Assembly (NCBI GenBank): GCA_038321865.1
Contig: JBBQFH010000003.1
Span: 78,773-142,772, forward strand
Direction of reading: 5' to 3'
Origin: Gemmatimonadales bacterium
GTDB taxonomy: Bacteria > Gemmatimonadota > Gemmatimonadetes > Gemmatimonadales > GWC2-71-9
Length of the DNA stretch: 64,000 nt
In this document: positions 61,157 to 64,000 of the stretch, in pieces
Layout: each line of letters starts with the position of its first letter
Position numbering within the stretch: position 1 is the first letter of the stretch
Notes under the pieces: generated by a model
Seen by the model: only the letters and a program-made list of their open reading frames with translations
What the model was told of the DNA's origin: nothing
Database searches by the model: none
Program-made: the position numbers and the translations under genes

Positions 61157-62308
61157 TCAACCCAACCCCTCGGCCAGGTCGGCGATGATGTCCTCCGCAT
61201 CCTCGATGCCGCAGCTGAGGCGCAGGAATCCGTCAGGGATGCCGATGGCCGCGCGGCCCTTGACGCCCAGCGCCTTGTGCGAGGTGAGCCGAGGCTCCGA
61301 CACCAGACTCTCGACACCGGCGAGGCTGGGGGCGTGCGTCACCAGGCGAAGGCGGCGGAGCATGCGCTCGGCGGCGCGGGTGCCGCCGCGCAGCTCGAGC
61401 CCGACCATGCCTCCGAACCCATCGAGGACTGCCGCGGCGCGCGCATGGTCGGGATGACTCGGCAGGCCGGGGTAGTGCACGCGGGCGAAGGCCTCCTGGG
61501 TCGAGGCCCAGCGCGCCACCGCGAGGCCATTGGCGTTGTGCCGCTCCATGCGAACCGCGAGCGTCCGCATGCCCCGGTCGAGCAGCCAGGCCGCGTGCGG
61601 ATCGATCGCCTGGCCCCACAACCGCATCAGCCGCACGACCTCATCCACGAGGGACGCCGTCCCGGCCACCGCGCCGGCAATCACGTCGCTGTGCCCGTTG
61701 AGATACTTGGTGGCGCTGGTGATGACGACGTCGGCGCCGTGCTCCAGCGGCCGAAAGTTGATCGGGCTCGCGAAGGTGCCGTCGACCAGCAGGGCGAGCC
61801 CAAACTCCTTGGCCGTCTGCGCCACCGGCACCAGATCGACGACGCGCATCAGCGGGTTCGTCGGCGTCTCGACGAACAGGGCGCGCGTTTCCTTCCGGAC
61901 CGACTTCTTCCACATCCTCGGCTGTTCGGGGTTCACGTAGGTCACCGAGATGCCGAACCGCCCGAGCTCCTGGTCGAAGAGCGCCTGGGTGCCGCCGTAG
62001 ATCCAGGCGCTGGAGATCAGGTGATCGCCCGGGCGGAGCACGGCGAGGTGCGCCAGCGCCGTCGCTCCCATGCCGCTCGCCACGAACACCGCTTTTTCGG
62101 CGCCCTCGAGCAGGGCGTACTTGCCGGCGAGCGCGAGTTGCGTCGGATTGTTGCCGTAGCGGCTGTACAGCACTTCCTCTTCCGAGCCGACCGGATTCAC
62201 GAACGTGGTGCTCTGTACCAGCGCCGGCGCCACCGGGCTCCAGTCGGGCCGCCGCTGGGGCGACCCGTGGATCGCGGTGGTGCTGAGACCGAAGCGCCGG
62301 CGGGTCAC
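61157..62308 (-). CDS. Trans-sulfuration PLP enzyme (cystathionine gamma-synthase/lyase or methionine gamma-lyase)
   Basis: YSRYGNNP, ASGMGA, ETPTNP, SATKYLNGHSD, LRLSCGIED. Confidence 0.92.
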   Translation of the reverse strand: MTRRRFGLSTTAIHGSPQRRPDWSPVAPALVQSTTFVNPVGSEEEVLYSRYGNNPTQLALAGKYALLEGAEKAVFVASGMGATALAHLAVLRPGDHLISSAWIYGGTQALFDQELGRFGISVTYVNPEQPRMWKKSVRKETRALFVETPTNPLMRVVDLVPVAQTAKEFGLALLVDGTFASPINFRPLEHGADVVITSATKYLNGHSDVIAGAVAGTASLVDEVVRLMRLWGQAIDPHAAWLLDRGMRTLAVRMERHNANGLAVARWASTQEAFARVHYPGLPSHPDHARAAAVLDGFGGMVGLELRGGTRAAERMLRRLRLVTHAPSLAGVESLVSEPRLTSHKALGVKGRAAIGIPDGFLRLSCGIEDAEDIIADLAEGLG

Positions 62309-62847
62309 GAGGCGAGCAGCGGGTGGAAGGCGTCGCCCGCGGCGCGCACCAGCCGGCGGTCGGCGAGCCAGGCCAGCGTGGTCCGGGCGCGCGGCTCCGT
62401 CCAGCCCAGCGCGGCGGCGAGCGCGGGGGCGCCGGCGGGCCCGAGACTCGAAATCATGCCGAATGCGTCGCGTGCGTCAGGGTCCGCTTCCCCCAGCAGG
62501 ACGAGCACGGCAGCGCCCGACAGCAGCGCGGCCACCGAGAGCCGCTGGTGGTGCAGCACATGATCAATCGCTTCGACCTGGTTCTCGCTGAGCCCCCACA
62601 GCACGACGTAGTGCTCGGCCCGGGGCACCGAGAGCAGCAGCAGCTTGGCGACGATCTCGTCCGCGCAGCTCAGATCCAGGAGCTCGACTTCCGAGAAGTC
62701 GAGCAGCGCCGTCGCGCAGTCCGACTCGGCTATGGCGCGCTCGATCCGGCCGCGCACGGCGGCACCGGTCGGGCGGGTGACCAGATTGCGGTACGGCGTG
62801 GCGACCGACTCCCGCAGGACGTGATCCAGCCGGATCGTCTGGATCAC
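62305..62847 (-). CDS. STAS-like domain fused to a C-terminal winged-helix-like segment
   Basis: LLDFSEVELLDLSCADEIV (STAS pattern with Ser). C-terminus ALAAALGWTEPRARTTLAWLADRRLV. GTGA overlaps on both sides. Confidence 0.7.
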   Translation of the reverse strand: MIQTIRLDHVLRESVATPYRNLVTRPTGAAVRGRIERAIAESDCATALLDFSEVELLDLSCADEIVAKLLLLSVPRAEHYVVLWGLSENQVEAIDHVLHHQRLSVAALLSGAAVLVLLGEADPDARDAFGMISSLGPAGAPALAAALGWTEPRARTTLAWLADRRLVRAAGDAFHPLLAS

Positions 62848-63737
62848 CGGGGCGCCTGCGCCGGCAGAATGATCTGAACCTGGGCCCCCGGGAAGTCGGG
62901 CAGGTGTTCGCTCATCGGCACATCCTCGCGGTCCCACTGGGGAACGTTGGCCAATCGTGCGGTGCCGCTCCGGATGGTAATCTTGCCGTCCCACCGGCTC
63001 AGGTAGCGCTTGATACCTGCCAGCCCCTGGCCCCGCCCGGGATCGCGAAACCGGCTGACGTTCTGGATCCAGGCGGCCTCGAGCGCCGTCGCGTCGCTCC
63101 AGCGGTCACCGAAGCGCTTGGCCTGCGTCGGCTCCAGCGAGCGGCGGAACCCGATCCCCGAGTCGCTGACCGCGATCACGACGACGCGGGTGCCGATCCG
63201 CCGGCGCCAGTCATAGGCCTGCACCGCGACCCAGCCACCGGTCCCGGCATGCTCCACAATATTCTGGCATGCTTCCGAGAGCGCCATGGCGAAGCCCATG
63301 GTCGCCTTGGCCTCGAGCCCGAGCTCGCCCAGGATGCGGGAGGCACCTTCCTGAATTTCGCCGACGACCCGGTGCACATCGTCGCTCCCGCGGACCGGCG
63401 TGACGTCGAGCAGCGTGTCGGTCGGGCCGGCCGCGCTCCGGGGGATCTTGCCGTGCAGCTCGAACAGGTCGGCGGCATGCCGAAAGAAGCCGACCCGGGC
63501 CCAGTACCGTCGCACGTCCTCGGACGTCGGCACGTAGAGAATCGGCCGCTCCCCCTTCGCCTCCGCCACCGCCTGCGCTGCCGTCAGCATGGCCACGAAT
63601 GCGTACGGCGATGCCCACTGGGCCGGACGCGCGTCGAACAGGAGTCGCTCGGTCGGCGGCCAGGCCCCGAACGCGGCGGCAAACTGATCCATGGCGCGAT
63701 CGTCGAAGCTGGTGGGGATCTCGATGATGCGGGTCAT
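62844..63737 (-). CDS. STAS-like plus HATPase_c (RsbW/SpoIIAB-like Ser kinase) protein
   Basis: N box ALSEACQNIVEHAG, G1 SDSGIG, G2 GRGQGL. No HisKA domain. N-terminus LLFDARPAQWASP is STAS-like. Confidence 0.8.
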   Translation of the reverse strand: MTRIIEIPTSFDDRAMDQFAAAFGAWPPTERLLFDARPAQWASPYAFVAMLTAAQAVAEAKGERPILYVPTSEDVRRYWARVGFFRHAADLFELHGKIPRSAAGPTDTLLDVTPVRGSDDVHRVVGEIQEGASRILGELGLEAKATMGFAMALSEACQNIVEHAGTGGWVAVQAYDWRRRIGTRVVVIAVSDSGIGFRRSLEPTQAKRFGDRWSDATALEAAWIQNVSRFRDPGRGQGLAGIKRYLSRWDGKITIRSGTARLANVPQWDREDVPMSEHLPDFPGAQVQIILPAQAPR

Positions 63738-64000
63738 GGCATCACCAGCTCCCCTCGCAGGTGGCGCGGCAGGCCGCTGGCGCCGCGGAATCCCACGTTG
63801 CGTGCCGCGAGCCGCGTGGCTTCCTCGAGCGCCGCCTCGACGCCGTCGCCGGCGACCAGCCGGGCGAACAGGGCGGCACCGAATACGTCGCCGCACCCGG
63901 TCGGGTCCAGGGCGTCGGTCGCAGGGGCGGGGACGAGTGCGGTCCGCACGGCGGCCGCGCTCCGGGGCGCCGGGCCGCGGGGCGTGGCGGGCGACCCGCC
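63734..64000 (-). CDS. PfkB-family carbohydrate kinase, C-terminal part (5' end outside the window)
   Basis: DPTGCGDVFGAAL signature. Confidence 0.85.
   Translation of the reverse strand, partial: GGSPATPRGPAPRSAAAVRTALVPAPATDALDPTGCGDVFGAALFARLVAGDGVEAALEEATRLAARNVGFRGASGLPRHLRGELVMP

Overview
High-GC, gene-dense bacterial chromosome segment. Gene content and protein style suggest Gemmatimonadota or another FCB-group lineage (inference only). Most of it is housekeeping: a nucleoside-scavenging operon, thiD, trmH-pilD, ffh-rpsP-rimM-trmD-rplS-rnhB, peptidases, bioD, tRNA-Lys(TTT), redox genes, ilvE, two lytic transglycosylases, moaC, holB, tRNA-Asn(GTT), alkA, uvrA, FHA/PP2C, maeB-pckA, nfo, a GGDEF protein and ftsEX-envC. 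The standout is a 3.94-kb IS1-like cargo element (13186-17126). It has 18-bp imperfect terminal inverted repeats and an 8-bp target duplication (GCCGCATC). It carries a small basic protein, a DUF5343-like protein, a 71-aa orphan, a DDE transposase and a translationally coupled DNA methyltransferase fused to an Mrr-like nuclease domain. Other points: apparent non-canonical start codons for maeB (ACG) and an HD phosphohydrolase (CTG), a recurrent leaderless promoter pattern, a STAS-HATPase/STAS-wHTH partner-switch pair upstream of ftsEX, and a sigma54 promoter in front of a stand-alone LeuA-regulatory-like domain. All protein calls come from reading motifs by eye, with no database search. Start codons are best estimates.
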